The translations under genes and the position numbers were made by a program. Positions 1 to 15,073 of a stretch of DNA of 64,000 bases are shown here, piece after piece (the stretch's first letter is position 1; every line of letters begins with the position of its first letter). The DNA is taken from assembly GCF_006345805.1 (NCBI RefSeq), contig NC_043002.1, forward strand, positions 105,090,001 through 105,154,000, in the 5' to 3' direction. The notes beneath the pieces are model-generated. The model searched no databases. It was not told the DNA's origin and saw only the letters and a program-made list of their open reading frames with translations. This DNA comes from Octopus sinensis. Taxonomy: Eukaryota.

Positions 1-1608
1 ATTTATGTATGTATGTATGTATGTATGTATGTATGTATGTATGTATGTATGTATGCATGTATGTATTACAACACATAAGGAAACATAACGATGGTCGTAA
101 CAAATGCGCACCTATTTATAGTGATGATTTTCAAATAGAACGAATGTTGTGATATCGCCTCGTTTGGTTTAATCCCTTCACGCGTCTCAATATACTCTTA
201 AATTATTTAAAACTGAGAGAAATAAGGAGTAAAACAAAGACGATTTTATGGATTCCTTTTCTGTAAGATTAATACATAAATGTATTTGTGTGAATCCTTA
301 TAAGGAATTAAAAAATAATAAGGAAGTAAAAAGGAATAAAAAGTTATCCTGATATGGAAGTAAAAAATACTCTAACCATCACCACCATATCCTACCAAGA
401 AATACTATTAGGTCAAACCATAACTGCCACCACCACCACTATTACGAGTTCACTACTACTCAACACTTGAACTATACGCCGTCAATATTTAATGATACCT
501 TCACCAAATCTTTCTATAAATACTACGTATAAAACTGCACTAACCTCTCCTGTAAAATGACTACTGCCCCTGCTCTTTATCATCGCTGCATAGTATCACA
601 CCTACTGCTACACTCTACACGACGCGACCATCCACACAACTGCCTATACAACTATCATCACTACCATATACCGTTACATATACTGCAACCAACATCGCCG
701 CCATATTCTACAACTCCCATCACCATCTTCCACACAGCTGATGTCCACCACACTAAACACTACCCCACACACCATCACTAATCAATGATCACAATAGAAT
801 TACCACCACTGTGTACTACCACCTCAACACATCACCGCCATTTTAAACCATCACACAACTATCTCTACCACAGCCCCTGCATCCCCTTCACACCATCGTG
901 TCTATCACAACAACCAGCAATCTAAGTCTATTTTAGAAATGACAAGTATAATTAGAAATTGATCTGTGGCGAATTGCCAATAAAATAATGTTTGATTGAT
1001 CTGTATATGGTTACAGGTGATCGATATTGTTATCATTGGTCAGTGTGAAATTAAATCTCAGAGGTCAAGCTTTTGACCGTTTGACCTAGTACCTTTGACC
1101 TCTTCAAGATTAAGTACTTTATTTCTGATGTTGATTTAAAAACACGTCAGCCGTCATTTCTTGTTAGCGTACTTTGTTTGGGATTAATGATAAAAAAATT
1201 ATTTAGTCCGAGGAGAACAGGGATGACTCTCACAATACTTTGTTTATAATCATTGTATTCAAATGTAAAAATAAATCGCTTTACAGCCGCGTGAATCTAA
1301 TTGTAGACACATGATCCAATTTTTGTGAATCCGCATTACATGATAGAAACAACAGCTAATTTTCATTAAGCCCAACTAACACACTCTACTATGTATTATA
1401 AAACAAATGCGCGTATGAGACAAGAAAATCTTTGAAATGCATTGTGTATGAAATTTTTTTTTAATGGATTTTCCTCGTAGGCGTGTATTGGACAAACAGG
1501 TGACAAGGAAAGAGGCAAAAAAAAGTATGCATACGTGTGTATATATACATACAAATCAGTGTGCGTATGGGGCACCTATGCTAGAGATAGTTCATCGTGT
1601 TGCTTATA

Positions 1609-1713
1609 TAGATAGATACATACATACATACATACATACATACATACATACACACATACATGCATGCTTACATACATACATACATGCATGGATGGATGGA
1701 TGGATGGATATAT

Positions 1714-1750
<37 letters not shown>

Positions 1751-1872
1751 AAGATAGAAAGATAGATAGGTAGAAATAGAGATAGATAGATAGAAGGATA
1801 GATAAATAGATAGATAGATACATACATACATACATACAAACATACATACATACATACATGGATGGATGGATG

Positions 1873-1957
<85 letters not shown>
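1609..1957. repeat. Compound microsatellite (TACA)n/(TGGA)n/(TAGA)n
   Basis: Visible directly. Accounts for the YIHT/SIYL ORFs. Confidence 0.95.
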
Positions 1958-2503
1958 GGTAGACAATGTACACACGCATTACAGAATGCAGAATGTCAAT
2001 GGAAAACACACCCCTAAAACATCCAATGCTTACGACATTCACTTGGGGCTATCCCTATGTTAGTTATATGTGCCATAGACTATTTGATTTGTTATAGCAT
2101 GACTCTTATCTATTAACAGTTGTGTGAAATACCACATTGGTCTGATTCGGAAAATTTAGCGGGAGGCCATCCCATTTGCACAAATCCAAACGATTTGGCA
2201 GAGAATACTATACCGACAGGCACGGGACTGCGTCTAATTGTTACTTTGATGACCTTCAGAGATGCAGAGATATATGAAATTGTTACATTTCTGCTAATGT
2301 ATAAATACTACAAGCCATGAGTTTCTTTATTCTTTCAGATATTTCAGAAATGTAGATCTTTTTTTTACTTTCTGCTATTCACATTGCTAGCAGAGTAAGA
2401 TCCAATTTTCCTTTAATGAAATGTTTAACTCATAAGTCATTCGATGTTGTTTTTACTAGAGAATTTTAAGCCCCTGCTTTACAGTTGGAAAGGTCTTTAC
2501 ATT

Positions 2504-2903
<400 letters not shown>

Positions 2904-2980
2904 ATATTTTACTATAAAATTGGATTTAATCCTAAATCTGATTTTTTCCCTGTAAATTTGGATTTATTCCCTAATATTTA

Positions 2981-3048
<68 letters not shown>

Positions 3049-3050
3049 TA

Positions 3051-3107
<57 letters not shown>

Positions 3108-3193
3108 CTTTACTTGGAAAGGGATGTGTTTGATCATATAATAATATAAATAATATATAAATATATGCATATATACATACATTTATGTACATA

Positions 3194-3254
<61 letters not shown>

Positions 3255-3729
3255 GTGCATATATGGGTGCAGGACATCAAAAACATACACACAATAAGAA
3301 AACGAAAGCATGAAAAAAACATAGAAAAGGAACTTTTTTCGAACAATGAAAAAAAAACAAACAACCAGAGAAACGAGACAGGCAATATAAAGGACATTCC
3401 CCTTCATCAGTTGACCCTGTTTCATCTACTTCGCGTTCCGAAGGTAAGGACAAGACGCGACTTCGTTGAAACAGTCCTTCCCGCAAAGCAAATAAAGTAA
3501 AAAATTTACGGAGGGTGAAAGTGGTAACAAAAACAGGACAGTGAGAACATGACACAAAAAACAAACGGTGAGGGTTGTGAAGCCAAGAGATGTAAACAAT
3601 TATGAACGCTGGTAAGACGAGCTGTGGGAAGTGACGGTATGTTGGAATTTATAAAAATAAACAAAAAAATGACGGGTGTATGAACAACAAACATATTAAT
3701 TACTTTAACACTCGGGGAGGTGGAAAAGT

Positions 3730-3765
3730 CTTTTACGTTTCGAGCCTACGCTCTTCAACAGAAAG
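3730..3765 (-). ncRNA. Minimal type I hammerhead-like motif, CUGUUGA core variant
   Basis: CUUU-CUGUUGA-A-GAGC(GUAG)GCUC-GAAA-CG-UA-AAAG. Stems I and II have 4 bp each, and helix III is the ACGU palindrome. Confidence 0.6.
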
Positions 3766-3892
3766 GAAGACAGAAATAAGCAGAGCGAGAGAAAAAAAAA
3801 GGTTTAGTGGCTAGCGATCAATCATAGCGAATGCCAGACAGAGGTGGTCAGACAGGAGAAATAGGACGAAATATTGATATATATATATATTT

Positions 3893-3935
<43 letters not shown>

Positions 3936-3937
3936 AT

Positions 3938-3983
<46 letters not shown>

Positions 3984-4656
3984 GATATATATATACACAC
4001 ACATATATATATACATACATATACACACACATACATACATAATAATCCACGTGTATTTATTAAAAATTCAAACAAGATGGAAATGAGTGGAGGAGAATAT
4101 TCTCACGCGAGCGATAGTGAGGAAAATGGGAAAGAAAGGGGAACGCCGAGAATGCGCTAGACATTTATAGAAGTGTATGAGCGTCGGAAATCTTTACAAG
4201 GAATTGACTCTGTACCAAGATGAAATTTGGAATTACAAATTTCAGACTGCGAAGCATATTCATAGTACAAAGAATTATTTCTCACGGTCCAAAAGACTAC
4301 AGATCCTTACATAAATACAATAATTTATCAGCTGAAATACTTATAAGTATAACAGGAAATTACTACAAACACTTTCGTTGGAGTATTCTGATGACCTATA
4401 ATGAAAGTGACGACAGGATGGAGACAACAAATTTATTTCTGTAAAAATTGTCAGAATACAACTTGTAGGAGACTATCTTTTTGTTAGAAGTCAATCAGTT
4501 CTTCAGGTAATGCTATGATTCTCTGGAAATGAGAAACTCTGAAGATAATAAATGATGGAGAAAACTAGGTGTTCGCATGCAAAGTCATGTACACACAAGC
4601 ACCTGTATGAGTGCGTTTATATACATAGACATACGCACATATATATACATTCACTC

Positions 4657-4704
<48 letters not shown>

Positions 4705-4843
4705 ATGTATATATAAAGAGAGAGAGAGGGAGGGGAGGGAAACACAGATGATAGATATGTACATATATGCATATATCTCTCTCTCTCATTCTCTCTCTCA
4801 ATCTATCGCTCTCTCACTCGCTCTCTCTCTATACATACATATA

Positions 4844-4882
<39 letters not shown>

Positions 4883-5335
4883 CATATCTATATATATAAC
4901 TATGAGTGTGTGTGCGTGTGTACGTATGAATGTATGTGTGTATCTGCGTGTTTCAGAAACAATGTGACTGAGTCGAACTGTGTGAGTGAGTCCAGACTAA
5001 TTTAACAGGCCAAGTATCCAGTGTTAGGTTTAATCAATATTTAAGTAATTACTTAATGGACTGCCACTTTAACGAACCAATCAAGTCTTATGTATATATA
5101 TATATATGTATATATATACTTGCATACATATACATATATATATGTGTGTACATACATGTACATATATATATATATATGAATATATATATATATATATATG
5201 TATATATGCACATATATATACATAATATATAAAAAGACATATATCTATATGCTTGTGCGTTTGTGTATCTGTATGTATGTATATGTATATGTATATATAT
5301 ACAAATCTACATACCTACACATATATATTTATGTT

Positions 5336-5375
<40 letters not shown>

Positions 5376-6405
5376 AGTGTATAGTTTTCGGTGCAAAGTC
5401 TTCTTTTACATTAAGAATGCCATAGATTTAAAACATTTTTCGTAACTTTGTTAACATTTTTAACATATTTACAAATACATGGTATACATGGTATACATAC
5501 GTGTGTGTGTGTGTATTTCAGTGTGTATTTCAGTGTGTATTTCACTGTGTGCTTATGTGTGTGTGTGTGTGCGGATACACACCTGTATACAGTTGTATTC
5601 ACGTATATGTATTAGTATTCAGTCTGCTTCCCTGTTATTTTCCCAATATCCTTTTTTTCTTACACTGGGCCATGGTTATCTTCGAATTACGCATAATGTA
5701 TGGGATGAAAATATGTACAACTTTGTGATGATGAAATCCATTCATGAGCTGTAGAGTCCCGATTGCAATGCTATTGCGCAGTCCGACAATAAAGGTCTTC
5801 ATCGCCATCCAACTAAACAAACGTTTAAACAGTAAGGATCACTCTCGGAATGATTGTTTATGTATTTGACCTGATTTACATCTCACTATGTTATGCGTCT
5901 CCACAGAATGCTACCCCACTCATTCATATGTAAATAAAGGTCTTATCACGGAGCGCTTTATAGTTTTGAATTCTGAGACAATCATTCAAATAAATTTTCG
6001 GTTATTGAACCTCGTCTTAAATCCCGTCCTAACGGCCCCCGATGTAGCACCAAAAGTTCCCCTGTGTCCGACGTTTAGCTAATATATTTGTAATGAGTCA
6101 TTGGTTTTTCAAATGTCAGTTTTTGCCTATGCATACAGCTGCACAATCGATTTGTCCTTACAAGACATGTCAGCCCTTCTTAACATTTTTTCTAAAGTTA
6201 TTAGTAAGACAAATAATGGAGTTTCTGTTACTTACAGGGATGTTTTCAAAAGTGGGTCCACATAAAAACTTACTGCAAGGAGCATGATGTTCTAATTAGT
6301 ATTGTAAGGTAATAAGATTTCCGTGGTTTGCTGATGACAGCGTCATTTCATATAGACATATTCCTGACCTTTGAATCGTTTGAATTGTTGTGAGTATAGT
6401 TATAG

Positions 6406-6407
<2 letters not shown>

Positions 6408-6454
<47 letters not shown>

Positions 6455-6474
6455 TAATAATGATAATAATAATA

Positions 6475-6528
<54 letters not shown>

Positions 6529-6550
6529 TGATGATAATGATAATAATAAA
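6408..6550. repeat. (AAT)n microsatellite
   Basis: Visible directly. Confidence 0.95.
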
Positions 6551-7329
6551 TGCATTGGTGCAGTTCCAGACTGTGGCTCACGTGGATTCTGATCTTCACA
6601 TATTAGAAGTGTTATCATGCTCATTGTTTTGTCCTGTTATAAAATATGGGTGACGGCAAATATTATTCTGCTCAATACCACAGATTTGCTTGTCAGTTGC
6701 TTGACCTTAAACAGCTGAGCTTGTCTCTTGGAATTCTGATCACACGCAGAAATATTAGTGGAGCAACATAGCCATGTGTTGAATGGAATTCTTTGGGGTT
6801 TGTATAACTCACCTTTGGAAACATGGTGAGTAGCACATCCTTTTGTGTGGGATGGGCTAGTCGACGTGACGAAAATTCTAACTGGGCCCCATATGCAAGG
6901 TCATGCGGCGCTGTTTATCTTGATATGAGATCACCATGTCACGCACAAATGTTGATGTATATGCCTGGTCTATATGTTGTGATGTATATGTCTGGTCTAC
7001 CATTATTAGAAGGGTTGTCATGATGGGTATACTGAGCTTCGCATATTTTACCCCACTGCACTCTCACAATGCGAAGAGCGCAATGCGATTGCAGTACATA
7101 TTTTAATTGGTTTGAACAATATTTCGACAACTTGCGCGTCTTTGTCGAGTTCAAAATGCGACGTGGTACATAGACATTCAAAATTATATGCGTTACCATT
7201 TTAACGGAATGGCATCATCCGTCTTCAATTTTCAATTTTACAACTGGCAAAAAATTGAATGTAAAAAGAAAAAAGAAAAATAAGAAAAATATGTAATCAA
7301 ACAGTTTTGTGTGAAGATGATGAAATTCC

Positions 7330-9450
7330 CCTGTCATTTTCTTCTTTCTTTCAGTGCATGATGTTAATAACTCACAAACATATTACTCCTCATGCATTTT
7401 GAGTACTGGCAGTGTAACACATTCAGAATATTTTCTGAGATTAAGCACTTTCAAGTCTTTTTCAAAATTGCAACCGTTTTATGTAAAATGTTCGGCAAGT
7501 TCCGTCGAAAGACTCTTATTGTGCCTGACGTCATACCCGTGTCCATTGAATATTTTCTTTAATTGTTCTGCTGAACAACCAACATAAATCAAGTTGTGTT
7601 TGGTTTATTCTGCTGAGTACACCAAATGGGATTCTCTACACGTCCCACCTTGCATATAAATCATAACATTTCTATTATGATTCCAAATGGAATTGACTTG
7701 ACTTTTGTTGTTGCACTCTGAACAGGGCTCAGTTCTCTTGCGGCTGTGTTTCAAAGTGCAGCGTGCAAAAAATCCAATGTTAGTTTTCATGGAGCCAAAA
7801 GTAAGGATTAATAGTTCTCTTATATTTTTATTACGTCTGAAGGCTACAATAAGCGGCTGAAGAATATTTGTTTGAAACTGGTAACCCTGGTAACTTTCAT
7901 GTAGCACTTTTGAAATGCCAGAGAAATTTCGGTTCCAGTTAATAACTAAAAGTATTTTGTCACATATTTTAGTTTGTTTGCTAAAATGATGTGTGAATAT
8001 TTGACTTTCTCTGCTAATCATAGCTATGTCATTTGCAAATGTCTATGTTTCCAGTAATCCCCTATATAAGTACAAATCCATTTTATCTTCAACAATTAGG
8101 ATTTCGGATTTGACCGAACTATAAAATGTGGGGATAAATGTGGAATGACGTGGGCTCGCAAAATAACTCTGTTACTATTCTGACTCCAGAAAACTTTTGT
8201 GTCCAAAAATTCAACGCTAATTTTTGGAAAAATAATTTTTTATGTTGGACCATAGTTTTTGCATAAACATTCACCAAAATGCAAAAATTCAATTAAGCTA
8301 TCCTGTGATCCTTCTCAGAAGAAAACAATGTCATCAATGAACCGTTACCCAAGTACTGGTTTATGACCATGTAAGGATCTGAATGTTTTCAGTAACTGTG
8401 CCTCGAATTTTGTCATGGAGATATTACCGAAATTAACTGGCATGGAGTTAAAACTTTTGTCCAAATTTCATTGCCTTACAAAGTAACACAAAGCTTAACA
8501 ACCTACTTAGAAAAAACATGGAAAACTTTTGTTTGACGGTTTTTCGAAGGCATGCATACATGCTTCTACTCCTTCATCGAGGTCAATATTGGTATATAAG
8601 GAAGAAATATAAATGGTTACCAAAAAGCAGTTTTCGACTTTAAACACAAAATGAAAAGTATCCCGAATATAGGAAGTTGATCTTTTTGCGACAGAGAGAA
8701 GAAAGACATCGAGCCACTCTGGAAATTTTTGACTGTACAACATGAGTGTTATATAGTTTTAACCGCAGCCTCAGAGCTTTTGGCACCAATTGCTTTTGTA
8801 AATATACTCTAATTTATACTTATATCCAACTTAGCTAAATAAGCGTTCCTCATTAGCGGAATTATGAGAAATTCCATAAGAGACAACGCTAATATTTAGT
8901 TTCATAACTATTTATGGATGTTAGGGAGTACGACTAACATACTGTAAATTGTGATTCCATGTGGAGTATGTTCGATAAAGACCAGTCTTTTAATCCAGCG
9001 ATACATGGAGAAATATGCTATCCTATAGTTAATTCACACCGTAATATACAGACTAAAAAGTTTGAAAAAAACTAATGGGTTTTCCCTATACCTCTCTAAC
9101 TTTACATTGCTATACTTATGGATACAGAAAAGAGCACCATCCCTGTATGGAATATTCCTTTTAGTGAACGCATACTTTTAATACAATGGATTAACTGAAC
9201 ACTCAAAAGATCGGTAAATTTGCAAACCCACTTTCCAAAAAATATAGAGAAATTTTCGCATATTTATGGGTCCATAATCTTTTGTTAAATTTAATAAGAG
9301 TCTTCTAGCAACTAGAATAGTAATAGTATCAGTTTTATATAATTATTAAGAAATGCTTACAGCCAAAATAAAGGCTTTGTTAAGAAGGGTTGGTATTATC
9401 GAAGGGGAAAAATTAAAAATATCTATCCGCAACGAATTGGCGAATTTCTA
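7330..9450 (-). mobile_element. Decayed Penelope-like retroelement (RT plus C-terminal GIY-YIG endonuclease), with many stops and frameshifts
   Basis: PLE RT motifs SYIRDTFHF and LVTIYISSLYTNIDLDEGVEA (8507-8743), RFIDDIVF (~8325-8345) and VEFLDTKV. Linker PLIVAFRRNKNIRELL. GIY-YIG remnant VYSAE..HNLIYVG..LKKIFNGH..ELAEHF (~7480-7640). The upstream boundary is uncertain. Confidence 0.85.
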
Positions 9451-10919
9451 GTTTTCTATGTCTATAAAGCAATCAGATCATGATTTTTTTAATATCCATC
9501 ATTGAGTGACAAAATAGCCTAATTAACGGTTTATAGTCAATATTTGGTCTATGGTGCTAAAGGTTTATATTGTTACATATAACACATAAAGTTTTATGTT
9601 AGTACATAAATATATAAACCTAAAGTTTTATATAAGTTCATATATTTCAGTCCTAACCACGTGGTTAATATTAAAAATTTTGAACCCTACAGATTTAAGG
9701 GTAGAGTAAGAAGCATGCTTAGAGTACCTTCAGAGCTTTCTACGAATAAGCCCATAGATATTGCTATTAGTGTGTCAATACACAAGAATCAGATATGTTT
9801 GCCGATGCTTCTTCAAGTTGTTCACTTTCTTTACATGTAAATTGTTTCATAACGGGTAACTTTTGAATTTCCTATTCTTTTTCATATTAATTATTAATCA
9901 GCATTTTCGTGTGATGGGGATTTTGAGGTAGATTACATTGATATTCAAATTAATCGTTCAAGAAGAAATGTTCCTTGCAGGCCAGTATTCAGAGAAGTGC
10001 TGAATGAAGTAGCCGGCTAGATATCTAAATCTACCATAAATACACACGTACACATACACACACACATATATATGCATACTTACTTATAGGTATACATATG
10101 TTTCTGTGTGTGTGTTTATAAACAGATATTTAGATAAATACAAATCAATTGACTCTGTAGGAATGAAGTATGAGTAGAATTGTGAAGGAAAAGTTGAAAG
10201 CCGAAAGGAACTTAAGTATTTCAGCTGATAAATTCTGTAAACCTCACACGCACATACACACATAAACACACGCATACATACACATGCACACACTTAAACA
10301 CACGTACACATAAGCACACGCACACGTACATACACACACAATTAAAATGTACAGAAGCAAAGAATCCGGAAAAAGAGAATCTGATATCGAAGTTTAGTTT
10401 TTTGAAAAAAATCTGCCAACTACATTTCGCTATTGGTGAGTGAATGAAACAAAATGGCGTCCATATGCATAGTTGCAGATGACAACAATCTCAACTATTT
10501 GAGACCAGCTGTGAAATTCTGCTTCAGGCGACATATTTAGCGATGTCGTTCATAGAGGTTGGGTTGTTGTTGCGTATAAGTTGACACCAAAAACAAATCG
10601 GAGAACACGCTGCTTAGATTACAAACACGATGTCATCTCTTGTATTTCTTTAACAGACCCCCAGCCCCGTTCTGTGGAATGATTATTCTGCATGGTGCCT
10701 TATCATTAGTTTTCTTCTGATTTGTGATGTTGTTATTTAGTTGTTGCCGATGTTGATGAAGACGATGGAGGGGAGGGGTCGGTGTGGTGATACTGGTGGT
10801 GGTGCTTAATATATTAAAACTCGGCTTCCTTTTTGGTTTCTCTCTCTGCTTTCTTTGTTGTGCTTCCGAATTTTTTTATTATGTTTTTTTAAGATTCTTT
10901 TATGTCCTGAATCATAATA

Positions 10920-11735
10920 TCAGGTCATACGATAAGATCTGTCCGAATTTTCAGTAAAGAAAACAAGTGATCAAATGTTATATTTAATTGAAATTTAATC
11001 ATCAATGTACTTTCCCTGATTATCTATGACTTCCTTCCATCTATTTACGAGCTTTTTAATCCCATCAATGTAAAACTCTTGCTTTCAAAGCGAAGAACTC
11101 TGAAATGTCAGTTTCGACCTCCTGCTGGCTTCCGAAAGTTATGTCCCCCAAATGATTCTGTAAACTACGAAATAAATGGTAGTCTGAAGGAGCAAGGTCG
11201 GGAGAATAAGGTGGATGAGGAATTTTTCCCAGCCAAGCTCTTCAATCTTCTGTGATATGATCGTTGCAGAGTGGGATCACGCATTGTCCTGATGAAATAT
11301 CACTCCTTTTCGATTCGCTAAAGCGGGTCTTTCTTTCTTCAAAGCTTGGTTCAAAGCTTGGTTCAAACGCTCTAATTGCTGACAGTAGACTTGAAGTTTG
11401 ATTGTTGCATTAGGTGGTAACAATTCAAAGTGAATTGCGCCTTTGCAATCCCACCAGATAGAGAGAAGAACCTTTTTCCCTTCTCAGTTGGGGTTGAGCT
11501 TTTTCTCTTTTACCAATCCACTGTTTACGACATTTAAAATTTCGATAGAAGATCCATCTTTCGTCACCAGTCACAAGTCTAACCAAAAAGGGTGAAATGA
11601 GTTCGTGAGAATGGAGAGAAGAGCAAATGTCAGCTCGGGATTTGCGATTGCTTATTTGCACTCATAAAGCACTATGTGCCTCAAATTCTATTTGGATAAC
11701 TTCCATGTTAGAGAAGGATTTAATCAAAGAAATTT
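10920..11735 (-). mobile_element. 5'-truncated mariner (DD34D-type) transposon with its 3' TIR
   Basis: Motifs LVTGDERWIFY, VIFHQDNA and HPPYSPDLAPSDYHLFRSLQ, with frameshifts. TIR-like TA|TCAGGTCATACGATAAGATCTGTCCG at 10918-10945. Confidence 0.92.
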
Positions 11736-11989
11736 TAATTCTGTTATTCTGTAAAACAATATTTAATTAGTTTGAATGTACATAAATGCATAAAAATAAT
11801 TTTAATTTCCATTAGACGTTCTAAAATACTATATATATATATATACATCAAGGTGCTCCATCGGTTACGACAACGAGGGTTCCATTTCATCCGATCAACG
11901 GAAAAGTCGGCTCGTGAAATTAACATGCAATTTGCTGAGCACTCTACAGACACGTGTACCCTTAATGGAGTTCTCGGGGAGATTTAGTG

Positions 11990-12227
11990 TGACACAGTGT
12001 GTGACAAAGCTGGCCCTTTGTAATAAAAGTTCAACAGAAACAGGAAGAAAGAGAGGAAGTTGTGGTGAAAGAGTACAGCATGGTTCGCCACTCTATCCCC
12101 TTGTCGGAGATCGTGGAGCTTTTGGTGATTTCGCTCAATAAACATACACAACGCCCGGTCTGAGAATCGAAACTGCGATCCTATGACCGCGAGTCCGCTG
12201 CCCTAACCACTGGGCCACTGCGACTCC
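11990..12227 (-). mobile_element. tRNA-derived SINE (same family as 61688-61995)
   Basis: A box TGGCCCAGTGG and B-box-like GTTTCGATTC. The body is homologous to the copy at 61.7 kb. Confidence 0.8.
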
Positions 12228-12259
12228 ATATATATTCATGTATATATACATATAAAAAT

Positions 12260-12321
12260 AGATAGATAGAAAGATTAGATAGATATATAGATAGATTAGA
12301 TAGATAGATAGATAGATAGAT

Positions 12322-12393
<72 letters not shown>

Positions 12394-12395
12394 TG
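12260..12395. repeat. (AGAT)n microsatellite
   Basis: Visible directly. Confidence 0.95.
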
Positions 12396-12779
12396 TATAG
12401 ATGCATACATATGTATCAAATCGATATCTTATAAAACTACTCTGCACATACAAGAACAGCAATACCACCATAACACATCCATTATCTGCTACACCACGGG
12501 TATCACTATGGTTTCTACACCTGAGCAATACCATTCAATCCGGTGGTGTAAGGAGCACTAAAAACATATTGTTGTTTGGGGACAAAGTTACTTTAAATGT
12601 CACCACATTCAATATTGATAATAGAAAGGATCAAACACTAACATTATTAATTAAACTACAGCAAAGAAACCATATTTATCCTACGTACGAAAACATTATC
12701 GGAAAATTAATAATTTTATAACTAAGCCTATAAGTAACTCCTAAATGATCTAACTGAATAGCTACCTAGCCCTTAAAGT

Positions 12780-13282
12780 CTATACAGATTAATGTACCTC
12801 CCAGTCTATAAGCGTGTAATAAAATAAAAACTTAATCTCTACTCTTTCCAACGCCACCGGGAGCGCTACCTCATTTGTGTGATATGGAAAATATTCCATC
12901 AACATTTCACAAGTGGTGTTGGCATCAATTTTAAAATCCATCCAACACTTGGCCCCCGTGCTATCCGGCAATTACAAAAAATCGAACTCAGGACACATAA
13001 CAATATTACGTTACAGCTGCTTTACCTCAACCGGTCCAGCTCTCTTTAATACCATACCAAAATACGTCAAAACGGAAGCGGATCCCATAAAATTCAAAAG
13101 TACACTGGACAAATTTCTTCATAAAATCCCGGACCAAGCTCCTACACTCGGATATGTCTCCAACAAAAATAACTCGTTAGTAGTGTTGGCCATGGTACCC
13201 CATATATGACTAAAATACTTCACTAGGTGCTGCTATTAAGTTAGACATGGCCTGGGCCTATACTAGCCGAAACCTATCAAAG

Positions 13283-13290
<8 letters not shown>
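12780..13290 (+). mobile_element. 3' fragment of a CR1/L2-group LINE ORF2 plus tail
   Basis: LNLYSFQRHRERYLICVIWKIF and TGPALFNTIPKY..FKSTLDKFLHKIPDQ..GY..NSL are paralogous to the C-terminus of the LINE at 23.3-23.7 kb. Confidence 0.8.
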
Positions 13291-13323
<33 letters not shown>

Positions 13324-13447
13324 GTGAGTGTCTGGTAAGAAGCTTGCTTCCCAAATATATGCGTGTGTACGTGTGTGTGTGTGCGTATGTCTCTCTATGT
13401 GTATGTGTCTATGTATGGGTATATGTATGTGTGTTGGTGTTTGTATG

Positions 13448-15073
13448 TGCTATATCATAATTTGTTTCGTACTATAATTAAGATAACCAGACAACAGTAA
13501 AACATTGTAATGAACTAAAAAACCTCTTTATGAAACAACAAACAATATTCTTTGTGAACGAACCAACCGACACCTTCCAACTTTACTGCGAATTAATACA
13601 AACTTCTCTCATCCCCGAACTGTGAACTTTTAACACACTCGAACCGTAGCTGTATATACTTTACTCGGACCAGTCTATCTCTCGCAAGGGGGCGTCGTAC
13701 CCCATCACAAAGCCTCCCCTTTTGAGATATTGACTAATCTGATAAATTGGAATTTCTTTTAATATGTATTCCATTTATTTTTACGTGTAGGAATTTTCTT
13801 ATTTGTGAGTAGAATTTTGTTTTTGCTGAGAGTGCTCTAGTATTTTTAACGTTTGACCTCCGTAAATTTGTTCTGCAGTATGAACTCATGTGACCAATTC
13901 TTTTGCAACTGTAAGGTTTTTGATCTTTTCTGAAATGTATGCTCCTATATCTATAACATGTATTAGGACGTGAGCTCCTAATGTGTTTTTGATGAATCAT
14001 TTTCTTGAATTCTTTCTACATCATGTTTCATGTTTACCATCCTTTGGCATTCTTCTGCCATGGAGTGTAAGATTAGATCTGAGATCGCTCATTCCAATTT
14101 AGAAAGAACTCTTTCTTGCCAAAATTTCTGTATTTTTGCTTTCTATAAGGCCTTGTACGAAATTAAATCACTCGAACATCTCAGGTGTAAGTTTTTTTAG
14201 TTTAAAACTTTCACACATCCTGTTGACTGTTCCTGGGTATGGAATGAAATCATCATTCTTTTTTTTTTTTTTTTCGTTATATTCCAACACTCCATTCGAG
14301 TGTAAAATAGAGGTTTTATCACCGAGTATGTTAGACAGAAATTTTATTATTTCTTTAAAACAAATTTCTTCGCTTTTTTTGTGGGGGGGGGGGATATGAA
14401 CGTTTATGCTTTAACGGAGCTAATTTTAGCAATAACAATCTCAATTTTTGTTCGTCCGATCATGAGTTATAATCTTGCTTAAAAATCTCATCGTACCTTC
14501 TGTAATACGATGCAAAAGTTTTACCCACCTCTGGGATATAACTGAATTCATTAATCAAGTTCGATACGCCATCTGGCGAAAACGAACTTAACTCGTTTCT
14601 GGACTTCTTAGAATATAGCTCCAATAATTGTTGATGTTGTTGTAGTTGTTGCTGCAATAGTTGTTTCTGCAACTCCTGTTGTTACTCTTGTTGTTGATTT
14701 TGCAACTGTACTATGGACGCTAACAGGTCTTCCAGTATTTAAGTTGTATCGCGAACAATTTGTTAAATAACCTAAGTGAGCTTCGAAACCCTCTCGCCGC
14801 CAGATGTTGTAACGTAACTTGTTACGTACAATAAAGAAGATTACCAGACAACAGTAAAAACAATGTAACCAACTAACAAACCTCTTTACGGAATAACGAT
14901 CAATATTCCTTGTGAACTAACCAACCGACACCTTCCGACTTCACTGCGAGCTAACACGAACTTCACTCGACTCCAAACTCTGAACCCCTAACTCATTCAG
15001 ATCGTTACTATTTATACTTTACTGGGACGAGTCTATCTCTCGCAAGGGGGTGTCGTAAACTCCCATCATAACA
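13448..15073 (-). mobile_element. Internally deleted Ty3/Gypsy LTR retrotransposon: 5' LTR 14805-15073, PBS 14791-14802, gag and protease-start remnant, PPT ~13712-13722, 3' LTR 13448-~13712
   Basis: Two ~265-bp direct repeats. The 5' LTR runs TGT...ACA and is followed by TGGCGGCGAG. AAAAGGGGAGG precedes the 3' LTR. Gag-like FSYIPEVGKTFASYYRRYDEIF, a degenerate zinc knuckle (CYR..HFRKD..C..IGH) and KFLHVKING are present. Confidence 0.85.

Noticed and set aside
4076-4330. Possible MADF/Harbinger-like relic (TFIEVYERRKSL)
   Set aside because: The similarity is too short and interrupted by stops.
5721-5756. Hammerhead relic CUUU-GUGAUGA-UGAA(AUCCA)UUCA-UGAGCUGUA-GAG
   Set aside because: C3 is mutated and GAAAC is deleted. 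At most a dead copy.
6750-6825. 76-nt plus-strand exon candidate (ILVEQHSHVLNGILWGLYNSPLET), phase-compatible with 29782
   Set aside because: The acceptor is mediocre, phase match has a 1-in-3 chance, and no homology was recognised.
10432-10545. ATTGG plus YY1-like CAAAATGGCG with a short ORF MASICIVADD
   Set aside because: Only two short motifs, and the ORF stops after 28 codons without a donor.
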